DNA of 64,000 nucleotides from Nitrospirota bacterium (GTDB lineage Bacteria; Nitrospirota; Thermodesulfovibrionia; Thermodesulfovibrionales; JdFR-88): NCBI GenBank assembly GCA_021789555.1, contig JAJYJK010000001.1, positions 4,871 to 68,870 of the forward strand, read 5' to 3'. Shown piece by piece: positions 9,494 to 19,993 of this stretch (position 1 is its first letter; each line of letters starts with the position of its first letter). The notes under the pieces were generated by a model. It saw only the letters and a program-made list of their open reading frames with translations, ran no database searches and was not told where the DNA came from. The position numbers and the translations under genes were made by a program.

Positions 9494-10794
9494 AGGGAAA
9501 GGTCCTGATCATAGCATACTGCTTCCCCCCGATGCAGGTCATAGGCTCCCAGCGCCCCTACGGGCTGGCCAAGTATCTTAAGCATTTCGGATGGGACCCG
9601 ACGGTGCTGACAATCAGGCACGCAGGCAATTTTCCGCGCGGAATCAGAGTGCTGCCCACGGAATACTCCGACAGAATCGCCTCGATAAAGAGGCTGGCGG
9701 GATTTAATCCCGCGGCAGGAGTCCATCAGCAAATGGGAATACCGGTCACTAAACATTTCAGTTACCCCGCATTAAGGAGCAAGGCCATTAAGGCATTCAG
9801 GGAACTCGTCGCCTTCCCGGATGAGGAGATAGGATGGTACGGGCACGCCGTCGAAACAGCATCACGACTTATGGATGAAGAGAAGATTGACGCCATTATA
9901 AGCACCTCTTTTCCTGTCACATCTCATCTGGTAGCAAAAAAACTGAAGCAGAAGTACGGGGTCCCGTGGATCGCCGATCTCCGCGACCTCTGGACGCAGA
10001 ACCACTATTACGGAAAATTCGAGGCAGTGCGCTTCCTCGAACGGCGCCTTGAATTGAAGACCTTATCATGCGCCGATGCGCTGGTCACCATTTCGCAGCC
10101 CCTCGCTGACGCGCTTAAAGGACTCCACGCCGGCAAGGATGTACGGTGCATCACCAACGGCTTTGATCCGGATGATTTCAAGGGCGCCCCGTCAAACCTC
10201 ACGGAAAAATTCAGCATAACCCATACCGGCAGACTCTACAACGGCAGGAGAGACCCCTCGATGCTGCTGGAGGCGACCGCAAGGCTGATCAGTGAAAACA
10301 GGATAGACAGTACGGACATGGAGATAGCGTTCTACGGGCCGAGTGAGGAATGGCTCACCGCCGATATAAACAAATACGGCCTGAAGGACATCGTAAAGGT
10401 CCGCGGGTCCGTACCGAGGCAGGAGGCCATCTGGAAACAGAAGGAATCCCAGCTCCTGCTGCTTTTATTATGGAATGATGAAAGGGAGAGAGGCGTGTAT
10501 ACCGGCAAACTGTTCGAATATCTCGGGGCCAGGCGGCCCATCCTTGCGATTGGCGGGGCAAACAGCATAGTAAAGGACCTGCTGGCCGATACGGGTTCAG
10601 GCCGTCTCGCCGAAGACAGCCGGCAGCTTGAAACGATCCTGATGCAGTATTATCGGGAGTTTAAAAGCTCGGGAGAAGTCGCGTACCATGCCAATGACAG
10701 GCTTGAGTATTATTCATACAACTCGATAGCCCGGCAGTACTCAAGGATATTATACGAAGTGACGGCATTGCGGCCAAATGGGGGCAGACCATGA
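9490..10794 (+). CDS. GT-B fold glycosyltransferase (GT4-like)
   Basis: The ATG at 9490 overlaps the upstream stop (ATGA). MKGKVLIIAYCFPP at the N-terminus, and the C-terminal half has GKLFEYLGARRPILAIGG. The ORF-track extension from 9166 lies inside the upstream gene and is Arg/Gly-rich, so it was not used. Confidence 0.65.
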   Translation: MKGKVLIIAYCFPPMQVIGSQRPYGLAKYLKHFGWDPTVLTIRHAGNFPRGIRVLPTEYSDRIASIKRLAGFNPAAGVHQQMGIPVTKHFSYPALRSKAIKAFRELVAFPDEEIGWYGHAVETASRLMDEEKIDAIISTSFPVTSHLVAKKLKQKYGVPWIADLRDLWTQNHYYGKFEAVRFLERRLELKTLSCADALVTISQPLADALKGLHAGKDVRCITNGFDPDDFKGAPSNLTEKFSITHTGRLYNGRRDPSMLLEATARLISENRIDSTDMEIAFYGPSEEWLTADINKYGLKDIVKVRGSVPRQEAIWKQKESQLLLLLLWNDERERGVYTGKLFEYLGARRPILAIGGANSIVKDLLADTGSGRLAEDSRQLETILMQYYREFKSSGEVAYHANDRLEYYSYNSIARQYSRILYEVTALRPNGGRP

Positions 10795-12185
10795 ATGCAA
10801 TATCCCAAACGTCGGGCATCAACCCCAAAATCCTTGCGACCGTTGTCGCATTGCCCCTGGCTGTCCTTGTTGCGATTGCCATAACCCAGGTCGAATGGAG
10901 CTACGCCGCGCTGTTGTTATGCGCTCCCTTTATCGTCTATCTTGCCATGAAAAGGCCTTTTATATTTCCTTTCGGGTTATATGTTTTTTCAATCCCTTTC
11001 GAGAACCTGCTAGTGATGAACGGGTCTGCGCACGGGGCGACATTGACAAGGCTGCTGGGCGTAATGGCGATACTCGCCCTGTTGCTGAAAGGCGCTTTCG
11101 AAAGGAGGCTCAAGAAGCCCGATAAGATTGACCTGTGGTGGATATTATTCACCCTCTACTGCCTGCTGTCCATTTTATGGTCCATCTCTTCCAGCTTGCC
11201 ACTTGTGAGGGTCCAAACGATTATCGGCCTTATCGGGCTTTACGTGGTCGCCTCTTCATACCGGGTGCAGGGAAAAGAATATGAATCGGTGAAATGGCTA
11301 ATATTGGCGGGCGGCGCCCTGTCCTCGATATTTACAATTTACGCCTACCATAAGGGACTGGTCAATTTCGGGGAGGCTGAACGGGTGTCTTTAATGTCAT
11401 TGGACAGCGCCAGCGGCATCGGCGGAGCAAACAAGCAGGCATTTGACATGCTCCTGCCGCTTTCCGTATGCATGGGTATGCTCCTGAAGAAGGGAAGGCC
11501 CCTGGCGAAAGGCTCTCTTTTTCTCGTCCTTTTTGTGATGTTCTTCGGCATAATGATCACCGGTTCGCGCGGAGGCCTGGCGGCGGCGATCGTTGTCCTG
11601 CTATGCTTCATCTTCTACTCGAAAAACAGACTGAAATTCGCGGCCGCGGCATCCATAATCCTGGTCACAACGTTTGCGATGACTCCGCAGTTCTATCTTG
11701 ACCGTATTAACCGCTCGGCGGAAACTCATGCCAGCGGAAGGACCGATATCTGGCGGGTCGGATTGAAGGCAATGGAAAAATACTGGCTTTTCGGCGCAGG
11801 GCTCGACTGTTTTCCGAATGCATACACCGAGTTTGTCAACTACTCTCCCGTGTATATGGGGTTCGACAGGGCCCCGCACAATATATTCGTGGGGACGTTC
11901 GTTGAACTGGGTATTATCGGCGGCCTCCTGATGGTCATCGCGCTGATCAAACATTACGCGACCATAGGGCATTACGCGGCCATAGGGGGGAAAGGCGGCA
12001 GACCCGGCGCCGATCAAATTATCCTGAAGGCGGCCTTTTGGGCGCTGCTGGTCGGAGGCCTGTCGCAGGACGTCGTATGGTATAAATCATTTTGGCTGCT
12101 CTGGATGATGATAGTGATGCAAAAGTATGCATCGCAAACCGGAGGGGACCGCTTGGACCGCATAGGGGCCCGAAAAGGCCAATAA
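10791..12185 (+). CDS. O-antigen ligase/polymerase-like (Wzy_C-type) polytopic membrane protein
   Basis: Many hydrophobic helices. It has the typical ITGSRGGLAAAIVVLL segment and a large loop with AHNIFVGTFVELGIIG. It contains an in-frame 18-nt duplication at 11952-11987 (HYATIG/HYAAIG). Confidence 0.7.
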   Translation: MNAISQTSGINPKILATVVALPLAVLVAIAITQVEWSYAALLLCAPFIVYLAMKRPFIFPFGLYVFSIPFENLLVMNGSAHGATLTRLLGVMAILALLLKGAFERRLKKPDKIDLWWILFTLYCLLSILWSISSSLPLVRVQTIIGLIGLYVVASSYRVQGKEYESVKWLILAGGALSSIFTIYAYHKGLVNFGEAERVSLMSLDSASGIGGANKQAFDMLLPLSVCMGMLLKKGRPLAKGSLFLVLFVMFFGIMITGSRGGLAAAIVVLLCFIFYSKNRLKFAAAASIILVTTFAMTPQFYLDRINRSAETHASGRTDIWRVGLKAMEKYWLFGAGLDCFPNAYTEFVNYSPVYMGFDRAPHNIFVGTFVELGIIGGLLMVIALIKHYATIGHYAAIGGKGGRPGADQIILKAAFWALLVGGLSQDVVWYKSFWLLWMMIVMQKYASQTGGDRLDRIGARKGQ

Positions 12186-12187
12186 CC

Positions 12188-14107
12188 ATGTGCGGCATAT
12201 GCGGCATATATGACAGGGTCCATCCCGAAGTCGACGCCGCCATCGTGGCGAGGATGCGCGACATCATGATCACGCGGGGCCCCGATGATGCCGGACTGCA
12301 TACGGCCCCGCACATCGGGCTTGGCCATCGCCGCCTGAGCATTATAGACGTCTCGCCCGCCGGTCATCAGCCCATGCGCAATGAAGACGGGACCGTATGG
12401 ATCACGTTCAACGGCGAGATATACAATTTCCACGGACTGCGCGATGAGCTGGCCGGGAAAGGGCATGTCTTTCGATCCTCCACGGATACCGAGGTGCTCG
12501 TCCATGGTTATGAGCAATGGGGGACGGAGGCGCTCCTGAAAAAATTAAACGGCATGTACGCCTTTGCCATCTGGGACAGTGAAAAACAGGAATTGGCGCT
12601 CGCAAGAGACCGGCTGGGCGTCAAGCCGCTCTTCTATATGGAAAAGGACGGGAAGGTATATTTTTCATCCGATATCAAGTCCATCTGCCTGGCGTATGAG
12701 AGGGATCTCACGCTTGACTTTCGAGCGATTGACGATTTTCTCCATTCGTATTGCATACCGCAGGAGCGCTCGATTTTCGGCGCGATAAGGAAAGTCCTGC
12801 CTGCCCATTATGTCGTCTTCGGGAAAAATGGCGCCGACGCCAATGAATACTGGCATTTGCGCCAGGCGCCGAAATTAATAATGAGTGAGAACGAGTGCCT
12901 GGAGGAACTGGAAAAAAGGCTTTTATCCGCCGTACAACGCAGGCTGATAAGCGATGTCCCCATAGGCGCCTTCCTCAGCGGGGGAGTCGATTCGAGCCTC
13001 GTGGTGGCCCTGATGGCCATCACGTCCGGTCCCCGCGTGAAGACTTTTTCGATGGGGGTCAGGGAAGAATCCTATAATGAATTGAAATATGCCCGCATGG
13101 TGGCCGAAAAATATTCGACCGAGCACCATGAATTCATAGTTGAGCCGGACGCCTTCGGCATTCTGCCGGAGCTGATATGGGCCTACGGAGAACCTTTCGC
13201 CGACGCCTCCCAGATCCCGACTTATTATGTGTCAAAAATGACCAGAGGGTATGTAACCGTGGCGCTGACGGGCGACGGAGGGGATGAATCCTTCTGCGGA
13301 TACGGCAGCGCAGTCGCCTATCATTACGCATCCCGGTATAGAAAATATGTGCCGGATTTTTTGCGAAACAGCCTCATGCCGGCGATTGCGGGCGGTCTGG
13401 TATCAATAGCCGGCAGGCGCGGGGCCGCTGGAAAAATCAGGACCCTGACGGAGTATGGAAAAAGAAGTTTCAGGGACAGTCTGGGCATCGGCGGAATTTT
13501 CGGGCCCCGTCTCAGGGACAGGCTGTATACGCCCTGTTTCAGACGGGAATTGACGGGATATGACCCCGTTGACATTTTTGAAAAATATCTTGGCGACTCC
13601 GACGGGGTCGATGAGGTGGACAAATCGCTTTACATCGGCATGAAGACCGCGCTGCCAAACGACTATCTGACCAAAGTGGACGTCGCCACAATGATGAATT
13701 CCCTGGAGGCGCGCTCGCCATACCTCGATTATGAACTGATGGAATTCGCCGCCAGGCTCCCCTCGAATATAAAAATGAGGCACGGCAGGCGGAAATTCCT
13801 CCTGAAAAAATTTGCCGCACGCTTTGTTCCCCCCCCCGCGATTTACAGGAAAAAATGGGGGTTTGGAATACCGATAGTCTTTTGGCTGAGACAGCACGCC
13901 ATGAAGGATCTGCTCAATGGCGTCCTGCTTAGTGAAAGGGCCGCGCGGAGGGGATATTTCAATACGGAGTGCCTGCGCGCCCTGATAACGGAGCACCTGA
14001 CCGGGAAGGCCGATCACGCATATCGATTATGGACGCTGCTCTGTCTTGAGCTGTGGCACCTGATGTTCATCGATAAGGTCATCTCGAAATCCGATAAATT
14101 GTCATAG
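12188..14107 (+). CDS. asnB: Asparagine synthase (glutamine-hydrolysing) family amidotransferase
   Basis: MCGICGIYD Ntn-Cys start at 12188 and PP-loop FLSGGVDSSLV. The upstream extension in the ORF track (from 12092) overlaps the previous gene. Confidence 0.85.
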   Translation: MCGICGIYDRVHPEVDAAIVARMRDIMITRGPDDAGLHTAPHIGLGHRRLSIIDVSPAGHQPMRNEDGTVWITFNGEIYNFHGLRDELAGKGHVFRSSTDTEVLVHGYEQWGTEALLKKLNGMYAFAIWDSEKQELALARDRLGVKPLFYMEKDGKVYFSSDIKSICLAYERDLTLDFRAIDDFLHSYCIPQERSIFGAIRKVLPAHYVVFGKNGADANEYWHLRQAPKLIMSENECLEELEKRLLSAVQRRLISDVPIGAFLSGGVDSSLVVALMAITSGPRVKTFSMGVREESYNELKYARMVAEKYSTEHHEFIVEPDAFGILPELIWAYGEPFADASQIPTYYVSKMTRGYVTVALTGDGGDESFCGYGSAVAYHYASRYRKYVPDFLRNSLMPAIAGGLVSIAGRRGAAGKIRTLTEYGKRSFRDSLGIGGIFGPRLRDRLYTPCFRRELTGYDPVDIFEKYLGDSDGVDEVDKSLYIGMKTALPNDYLTKVDVATMMNSLEARSPYLDYELMEFAARLPSNIKMRHGRRKFLLKKFAARFVPPPAIYRKKWGFGIPIVFWLRQHAMKDLLNGVLLSERAARRGYFNTECLRALITEHLTGKADHAYRLWTLLCLELWHLMFIDKVISKSDKLS

Positions 14108-14157
14108 CCGCGCCGGAGCCGGGCAAAAAAACAAAACTCCCAAATGGATTTTCAGCC

Positions 14158-15357
14158 GTGAAAATATTGGTCGTGACGAATATGTATCCGAGATACATGG
14201 GCGGCAGTTTCGTACATGAACAGACAAGACGCATGATGGGCTCCGGATGCGAGTTCAAGGTGATCGCCCCAGCGGCGTTTTACCACGGGGCGATTGCGAG
14301 AAACAAATGGGGCTCATATTCGCGCATACCAGCAAGCGAAATAATCGATGGGGTGCCGGTGCATCACCCGAGGTATTTCCGCCTGCCTGGAAAATGGTTT
14401 CACCCCCTGTCCTGCTATACCGAGTACCTCGGCCTGAAGAATGCCGCAGATGCGATAATCCGGGAGTTCAAACCGGATATCATTCATGCCCATGCCGCCA
14501 CGCCCGCGGGTTTTGTCGGACTGCTCCTTAAAAAAAAGTACGGCCTGCCCCTTATCTGCAGCCTGAGGGGCAGCGATGTAAATCTTTATCCGGGATATGG
14601 GAGATTGTCTCTGCACATGACACGAAGGGTCATCGCCGAATCAGACGGCCTGGTCAGCGTATGTTCGGCCCTGAAGGATTCCGCAAACGCCATCGCCAGG
14701 GCAAAAAGCAGGATTCATGTCATTTATAACGGCTGCGATCATGATACCTTCGCCAGGAGGGCGGAAGACCGCAGGTCCGTGAGAGAGGAATTCGGCATTC
14801 CGGGGCCCGCCAAGGTCCTCGTATTTGTGGGAAGCATATCCGGGGATAAGGGGATATTCGAGTTGATGGCGTCTCTCAGGCTCATAAATCGGGGCCGGGC
14901 CGGCATTCATCTGCTTATTGTCGGAAGCGGCCCCGAGGAGTCCGCCTTGCGTTCGATGGCGGCTTCCAGCGATTTACACGCCAATATGCATCAGACCGGC
15001 GATCTTCCGCATAAGGAAATAGCCCGCGTCCTGAGCGCGGCGGATATTTTCGTTTTGCCTTCACACCATGAGGGGCTTCCAAACGCCGCGCTTGAAGCCA
15101 TGGCCTGCGCCCTGCCCGTCATCGCCACGCGCGCGGGCGGCATCCCCGAGGCCGTGGAAGACGGAAAGAGCGGCATCCTTGTCCGGACAAGAGACGCCGT
15201 ATCACTGGCAAACGCCATCGAATGCCTCCTCATGAACGATCATCTCGCGGCTCAGATGGGGAATCATGGGCGGGAGATCGTGAAAAAGAAATTTACGTGG
15301 CAGGTCAATTCGGAAAAGATTTTCGATCTCTACAGGGAGCTCACAGATGCAAAATAA
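14158..15357 (+). CDS. Family 4 glycosyltransferase
   Basis: GTG start. The C-terminal motif is VLPSHHEGLPNAALEAMACALPVIATRAGGIPEAVEDGKSGILV. Confidence 0.85.
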   Translation: MKILVVTNMYPRYMGGSFVHEQTRRMMGSGCEFKVIAPAAFYHGAIARNKWGSYSRIPASEIIDGVPVHHPRYFRLPGKWFHPLSCYTEYLGLKNAADAIIREFKPDIIHAHAATPAGFVGLLLKKKYGLPLICSLRGSDVNLYPGYGRLSLHMTRRVIAESDGLVSVCSALKDSANAIARAKSRIHVIYNGCDHDTFARRAEDRRSVREEFGIPGPAKVLVFVGSISGDKGIFELMASLRLINRGRAGIHLLIVGSGPEESALRSMAASSDLHANMHQTGDLPHKEIARVLSAADIFVLPSHHEGLPNAALEAMACALPVIATRAGGIPEAVEDGKSGILVRTRDAVSLANAIECLLMNDHLAAQMGNHGREIVKKKFTWQVNSEKIFDLYRELTDAK

Positions 15358-16468
15358 AAAAATCTGCATGATGACTACCGCCCACGGGCCCTTTGATGAC
15401 AGGATATTCCACAAGGAAGGACTGAGCCTCGTCAGGAAGGGCTATCGGGTCGTGCTCATCGCGCCGCACGACAAGAATGAAACCGTGGAGGGCATACAGA
15501 TAGTCCCCCTGCGCGGCGCTCGCGGAAGAACCGGCAGATTTTTTTCCGCCACCCTCAGGGCATACCTGCTCGGCTCAAAGGTGGGGGCCGACGTATATCA
15601 TATCCACGACCCCGAGCTTCTGGCTGCCGGCGTCCTGCTGAAGATGTTCAGGGGCAAAAAAGTGATCTACGATGCCCATGAGGACTACGGGAAAAAGATA
15701 CTTTCGAAGAAATGGATAGGAAAGGCAATGCGGCCGTCCCTGTCGAAAATTTCGACCGCGCTGGAACGGACCGCGGCCAGGCTGCTGGATTATGTAATCG
15801 CCGCCGATTCAAATATAGAAAGGAATTTCAATCATAACGGCGGCAATGCGGAAGTAATAGGAAACTATCCGCCCCTGGATTTCATGGTAATGCCTTCGAG
15901 ACAGGGCGGAACGGACATGAGGTTGATTTATATAGGCGGCATTGACCGGGACAGGGGCAGCAAGGTGATGGTCGAAATGATGAAACACCTTGACGGCTGT
16001 CAAATAGAACTGCATATCGCAGGCAACGCAGGCGATATGGGCGATATGCCCCTTGACTCGTCAGGCAAGGTGATATACCACGGTTTTATACCCTGGCGCA
16101 AGGTCAACAAGTGCCTGGCGGAGGCCGATGTCGGCCTGCTGCTGCTGCAGCCCACGCCCTCCTACGTAAATTGTACCGGCGAAGGCATAATAAAATTGTT
16201 TGAATACATGCTGATGGGGCTGCCCGTCATCGCCTCCGATTTCCCGCACCTTAGGGAGCTTATTACCGGGATAGGATGCGGAATCTGCGTAGACCCGACC
16301 AATCCCGCAAGGATAGCCGATGCCGTCAAATTTCTCTTCAGAAATCCCGATATCAGAAAAGAGATGGGAGTGAAGGGAAGGACCGCGGTCATCAGGAAAT
16401 ATAACTGGGAAAATGAAAGCAGGAAGCTGATCGCCGTATATCAAAAAACCCTCGGGCAAAGGGGATAG
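15347..16468 (+). CDS. Family 4 glycosyltransferase
   Basis: ICMMTTAHGPFDDRIFHKE N-terminal domain, with C-terminal KLFEYMLMGLPVIASD...GCGICV. Confidence 0.8.
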   Translation: MQNKKICMMTTAHGPFDDRIFHKEGLSLVRKGYRVVLIAPHDKNETVEGIQIVPLRGARGRTGRFFSATLRAYLLGSKVGADVYHIHDPELLAAGVLLKMFRGKKVIYDAHEDYGKKILSKKWIGKAMRPSLSKISTALERTAARLLDYVIAADSNIERNFNHNGGNAEVIGNYPPLDFMVMPSRQGGTDMRLIYIGGIDRDRGSKVMVEMMKHLDGCQIELHIAGNAGDMGDMPLDSSGKVIYHGFIPWRKVNKCLAEADVGLLLLQPTPSYVNCTGEGIIKLFEYMLMGLPVIASDFPHLRELITGIGCGICVDPTNPARIADAVKFLFRNPDIRKEMGVKGRTAVIRKYNWENESRKLIAVYQKTLGQRG

Positions 16469-16500
16469 CGCCACCCCTTTGTCAATGGAGACCGGCTCGC

Positions 16501-17466
16501 ATGATTATAAAAAAAATCGTCCCTGACAGCCATTCAAAAAGTAACGGGTCATCTGCACCGTACGACTCCGTGTTCGACACGCCGCAATGGACCGGCCTGT
16601 TCGGGGAAAAGACCACGCATTATGGCCTTTATGATGCCAGCGGCGCTCTGACCGGACGCTTCTATATTTACAGGGAAAGAAGATACGGACTCTCCGTCTG
16701 CTGCAATCCGCCGCTTACGCCCACCATAGGCCCTTTTTTCAGGAACGATGCCCAAAACCCCGTCAGGGCGATGGATAAATGCAAACTGATCATGTCCCAT
16801 ATCGCGGAATACATCGACAAGATGAATTATTCGGTCGTATCGCTTTCATTCGACAAGAGCATAATCGACATGCAGCCCTTCATCTGGAGGGATTTCAAAG
16901 TCGTCCCCCAATATACGTATGTCATGGAACTGGCCCTGCCCGTGGACGACATCTGGAGGAGAATGTCCTATGAAAAAAGAAACCATATCACCAGAGGGGT
17001 AAAAGACGGACTGGCCGTCAGGCAAATAAATGATTACTCTGTCGTCAAAGCGCTGGTCCTGAAAACCTTTTCGAGACAGAAAAAGACAATCAGCGAGTCC
17101 GGCATGAACAAGGTCCTCTTCGATTTTGCAAACGACGCCAACAGCTTTGCCTTTGCCGCATTTCATCACGGCAATCCCATCGCCTGCTCATTTTGCGTCC
17201 GCGACAATAAAACCGCCTATTATCTGCTTGGCGGCTATGATTCTGAAAACAAGCACCACGCCGCCGGCCCATTGTGCGTATGGGAATCGATCCGGCATGC
17301 AAAATCCCTCGGCCTGCCGCATTTCGATTTCGAGGGATCGATGGTGCCGGCCATAGAACAGTATTTCCGGGGATTTGGAGGCCGGTTAACGCCGTATTAC
17401 CGCGTCAACAAGGCGAAATTGCCGCTGGAAATAGCCCTGAAATTCTTCAAGAGGGGATTGTTTTAG
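16501..17466 (+). CDS. FemAB/CelD-type GNAT-fold acyltransferase-like protein (copy 2)
   Basis: Paralog of 4679-5650. The two align over the whole length, for example RNHITRGVKDGL versus RNKIRKAEKSGV and the FDFEGSM block. Confidence 0.6.
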   Translation: MIIKKIVPDSHSKSNGSSAPYDSVFDTPQWTGLFGEKTTHYGLYDASGALTGRFYIYRERRYGLSVCCNPPLTPTIGPFFRNDAQNPVRAMDKCKLIMSHIAEYIDKMNYSVVSLSFDKSIIDMQPFIWRDFKVVPQYTYVMELALPVDDIWRRMSYEKRNHITRGVKDGLAVRQINDYSVVKALVLKTFSRQKKTISESGMNKVLFDFANDANSFAFAAFHHGNPIACSFCVRDNKTAYYLLGGYDSENKHHAAGPLCVWESIRHAKSLGLPHFDFEGSMVPAIEQYFRGFGGRLTPYYRVNKAKLPLEIALKFFKRGLF

Positions 17467-18284
17467 TGGACGCAATCATTTCACACGATGTAGACCACAT
17501 CACGGTTTGGGAGCACAGGAGAGATTTGATACTGCCCAAACACATCATAAGAAACTGCATCGAGTTCGGCCTTAAATATATCACCCTGGACGAGGTAGCC
17601 GGGCGCCTCAGGGACATAATGCGGAACAAATGGAACAACCTTGAAGCGCTGATGCAGTTTGACAAGGAGAAGGGGATCCCCGCCACATTTTTCTTCGGCA
17701 TGCAAAACGGCGTCGGGCTTTCATATGCGCTTCAGGACGCGAAGCCCTGGATGGAGAAGGCGACTGAAGAGGGTTTTCCCATAGGCGTTCACGGAATGGC
17801 ATTTGAACGCCTGGAGGAGATGAGGAAGGAATTCGATGCCTTTGCCGCACTGACGGGGCTCGGAGGCTTTGGGATAAGAATGCATTACCTAAGGAGAAAC
17901 GCCGAAACCCTGATCAATCTGGAAAAGGCCGGATACCGGTTTGACAGTTCGGTCCAGCAGTTGGCGTCTCCCTACAGGGTTTCGGATCTCTGGGAATTCC
18001 CGCTGCATATCATGGACGGCAGAATTTTGTGCAGAAACGGCCGCTGGCAGGACCAGACCCTTGAGCAGGCCAAGGACTCCACGAAGGCCCTGTTGGAGGA
18101 GGCGGTCAAACGCGGGATAGGATATTTCACGATTTTACTTCATGACAGGTATTTTAGCGACAGCTTCAGGACATGGAAGCAGTGGTATGTGTGGACCACG
18201 GAATTTCTGAGGGACAACGGCTTCAAATTCATAAGTTTTAACGATGCCATCGAAGAACTGGAAGACGTCCATGCCGCACATTAA
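17466..18284 (+). CDS. Polysaccharide-deacetylase-like protein (short form)
   Basis: The GTG at 17466 overlaps the upstream TAG by 1 nt. VDAIISHDVDHIT, GIPATFFF, PIGVHGMAF, ILLHDRYF. The ORF-track start at 17274 lies inside the upstream gene. Confidence 0.45.
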   Translation: MDAIISHDVDHITVWEHRRDLILPKHIIRNCIEFGLKYITLDEVAGRLRDIMRNKWNNLEALMQFDKEKGIPATFFFGMQNGVGLSYALQDAKPWMEKATEEGFPIGVHGMAFERLEEMRKEFDAFAALTGLGGFGIRMHYLRRNAETLINLEKAGYRFDSSVQQLASPYRVSDLWEFPLHIMDGRILCRNGRWQDQTLEQAKDSTKALLEEAVKRGIGYFTILLHDRYFSDSFRTWKQWYVWTTEFLRDNGFKFISFNDAIEELEDVHAAH

Positions 18285-19986
18285 GGACAGTTGCCCATAT
18301 CCCATCCCGGCTAACATGCGAAGCGCTATCGGCAACAATGCCCTTATGCTGCGCCGGGATGCCCGTTCATTTTTCTGGCAGGACGACCGATACAAGGTGT
18401 ACTGGGAAGGGCTGGTCTTCGTAAGCGGAATCCTGTCCGGGGCCGAGTCCGTCAAGGCTTTTATCGCGGGCCTCGAAAAAACGGCGATCGAGGACGCCTG
18501 CGGCATCCTCAAAGGTATTTACTTTTTTATCATCGAATCAAAAAAAGGCGGCGATATCCACGCGTTTATCGATAATTCCGGATTATACCAGGCGTTTTAC
18601 ACATCCGGAAAGATATCGAATTCCTTCCTGGAATTGGCCGCGCATGAAGGTCATACCGCAGCCGATTTTGAACCGGATGCCGTCGTCGAATTCCTGAATT
18701 TCGGCTCCCTTCTGTCCGGGGAAACGTATTTATCTTCTATCAGGCGCATTCGCCATGACGAAATACTTCGCCTCCCGCGCCCCGGCGCGAAACTTTTGTT
18801 CATAAAAAAGAAGAATGCCGGCCTCCGAACGTCCCCGGATATCCACCCGAAATCATTCGAGCAGCATTTCCACGAACTTGCGGCGTCGCTTGGAAACTGC
18901 AGAGTCAGCATAGACCTGACCGGCGGTGCGGACACCAGGCTGGTGGCGGCGATGCTGGACCACTGCGGCCTGCAATTCGAGGCCGCCTCATCCGGGGGGA
19001 CATCCGAATATGCGGACATCTCGATGCCGAGGGAAATCGCCCGCGCCATGGGTCATCCCTGGTTCGGCACGATACATTCCGCATCTGCGCTGCAAGACGA
19101 CATAAATGACCTGCTTGCCGCAACAGACGGCCTGTACGACATCCTCTATTACCACCGGCTGTATCAACTGCAAAAGGCCAGAAAAAAACGTGGCATCGAC
19201 ACGATGATTTCGGGAGTCGGGGGGGAGCTGTTCAAGGATTACTGGTGGCTGCATGAATTTCCATTTTATCGCCGTAAAACCTCAGATGTAAAAAAACTCG
19301 TAAATATGCGAATCATGCCGTCTCGCCCGCTCCTGGGGATTTTTTCCAAAAGATACGCCGGCCCGGGCGGCAATTTGAAAGACAACCTTGTCCGGTCATT
19401 CTCCCGATATGTCATGGATACCAACACCAAAACCCTGGATAACATCTTTTACAACGCAATTATGCGCAATATGGCCGGACGTATATTGACGTCTCACACC
19501 CGCTATGTGAAATGTCTCGCGCCGTTTCTTGACCCCGACCTCGCTACAATGGGCTTCAATCTTCCGAGGATGCAGCGTTTTTATAATTTTTTTCACAGAA
19601 GGGAACTTACAAAAATCAATCGACGGCTCGCAAGGTTTAAGACATCCGAAAATGGTATGACCTTATCATATAGGCCAGCCGACATTTTGCTGGACCTGCC
19701 GCGGTATATCGGCGAAAAGGGCAAAAGGGTATTGATAAAATTGCGGCTCGCCCAACGGGGCGGACCGTCGTCTCTTAACGATCCCGCCTGCTATCCGCAG
19801 GTCCGAAACATGAAGCTCATGCTCGAATCGTTAGACGCATTAAAGGATGCCCGGATAATAAATAAGGACGTCCGGCTGCATCAACTGGCGGACAGCCGCC
19901 TGGGTTCTTTTCTCACGCTTGGAATGGTTGCGGCGGCTCTGGAGCGCGGGGCGCGCGGCGGGCAAATGAGAATAGACCGGCCCTGA
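18244..19986 (+). CDS. AsnB-related PP-loop protein lacking the N-terminal catalytic Cys
   Basis: PP-loop-like SIDLTGGADTRLVAAML and an AsnB-like C-terminal region (LAPFLDPDL). There is no MCG start, so glutaminase activity is unlikely. The start is uncertain (18244 or ATG 18271). Confidence 0.55.
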   Translation: MPSKNWKTSMPHIKDSCPYPIPANMRSAIGNNALMLRRDARSFFWQDDRYKVYWEGLVFVSGILSGAESVKAFIAGLEKTAIEDACGILKGIYFFIIESKKGGDIHAFIDNSGLYQAFYTSGKISNSFLELAAHEGHTAADFEPDAVVEFLNFGSLLSGETYLSSIRRIRHDEILRLPRPGAKLLFIKKKNAGLRTSPDIHPKSFEQHFHELAASLGNCRVSIDLTGGADTRLVAAMLDHCGLQFEAASSGGTSEYADISMPREIARAMGHPWFGTIHSASALQDDINDLLAATDGLYDILYYHRLYQLQKARKKRGIDTMISGVGGELFKDYWWLHEFPFYRRKTSDVKKLVNMRIMPSRPLLGIFSKRYAGPGGNLKDNLVRSFSRYVMDTNTKTLDNIFYNAIMRNMAGRILTSHTRYVKCLAPFLDPDLATMGFNLPRMQRFYNFFHRRELTKINRRLARFKTSENGMTLSYRPADILLDLPRYIGEKGKRVLIKLRLAQRGGPSSLNDPACYPQVRNMKLMLESLDALKDARIINKDVRLHQLADSRLGSFLTLGMVAAALERGARGGQMRIDRP

Positions 19987-19993
19987 TGTGAAT

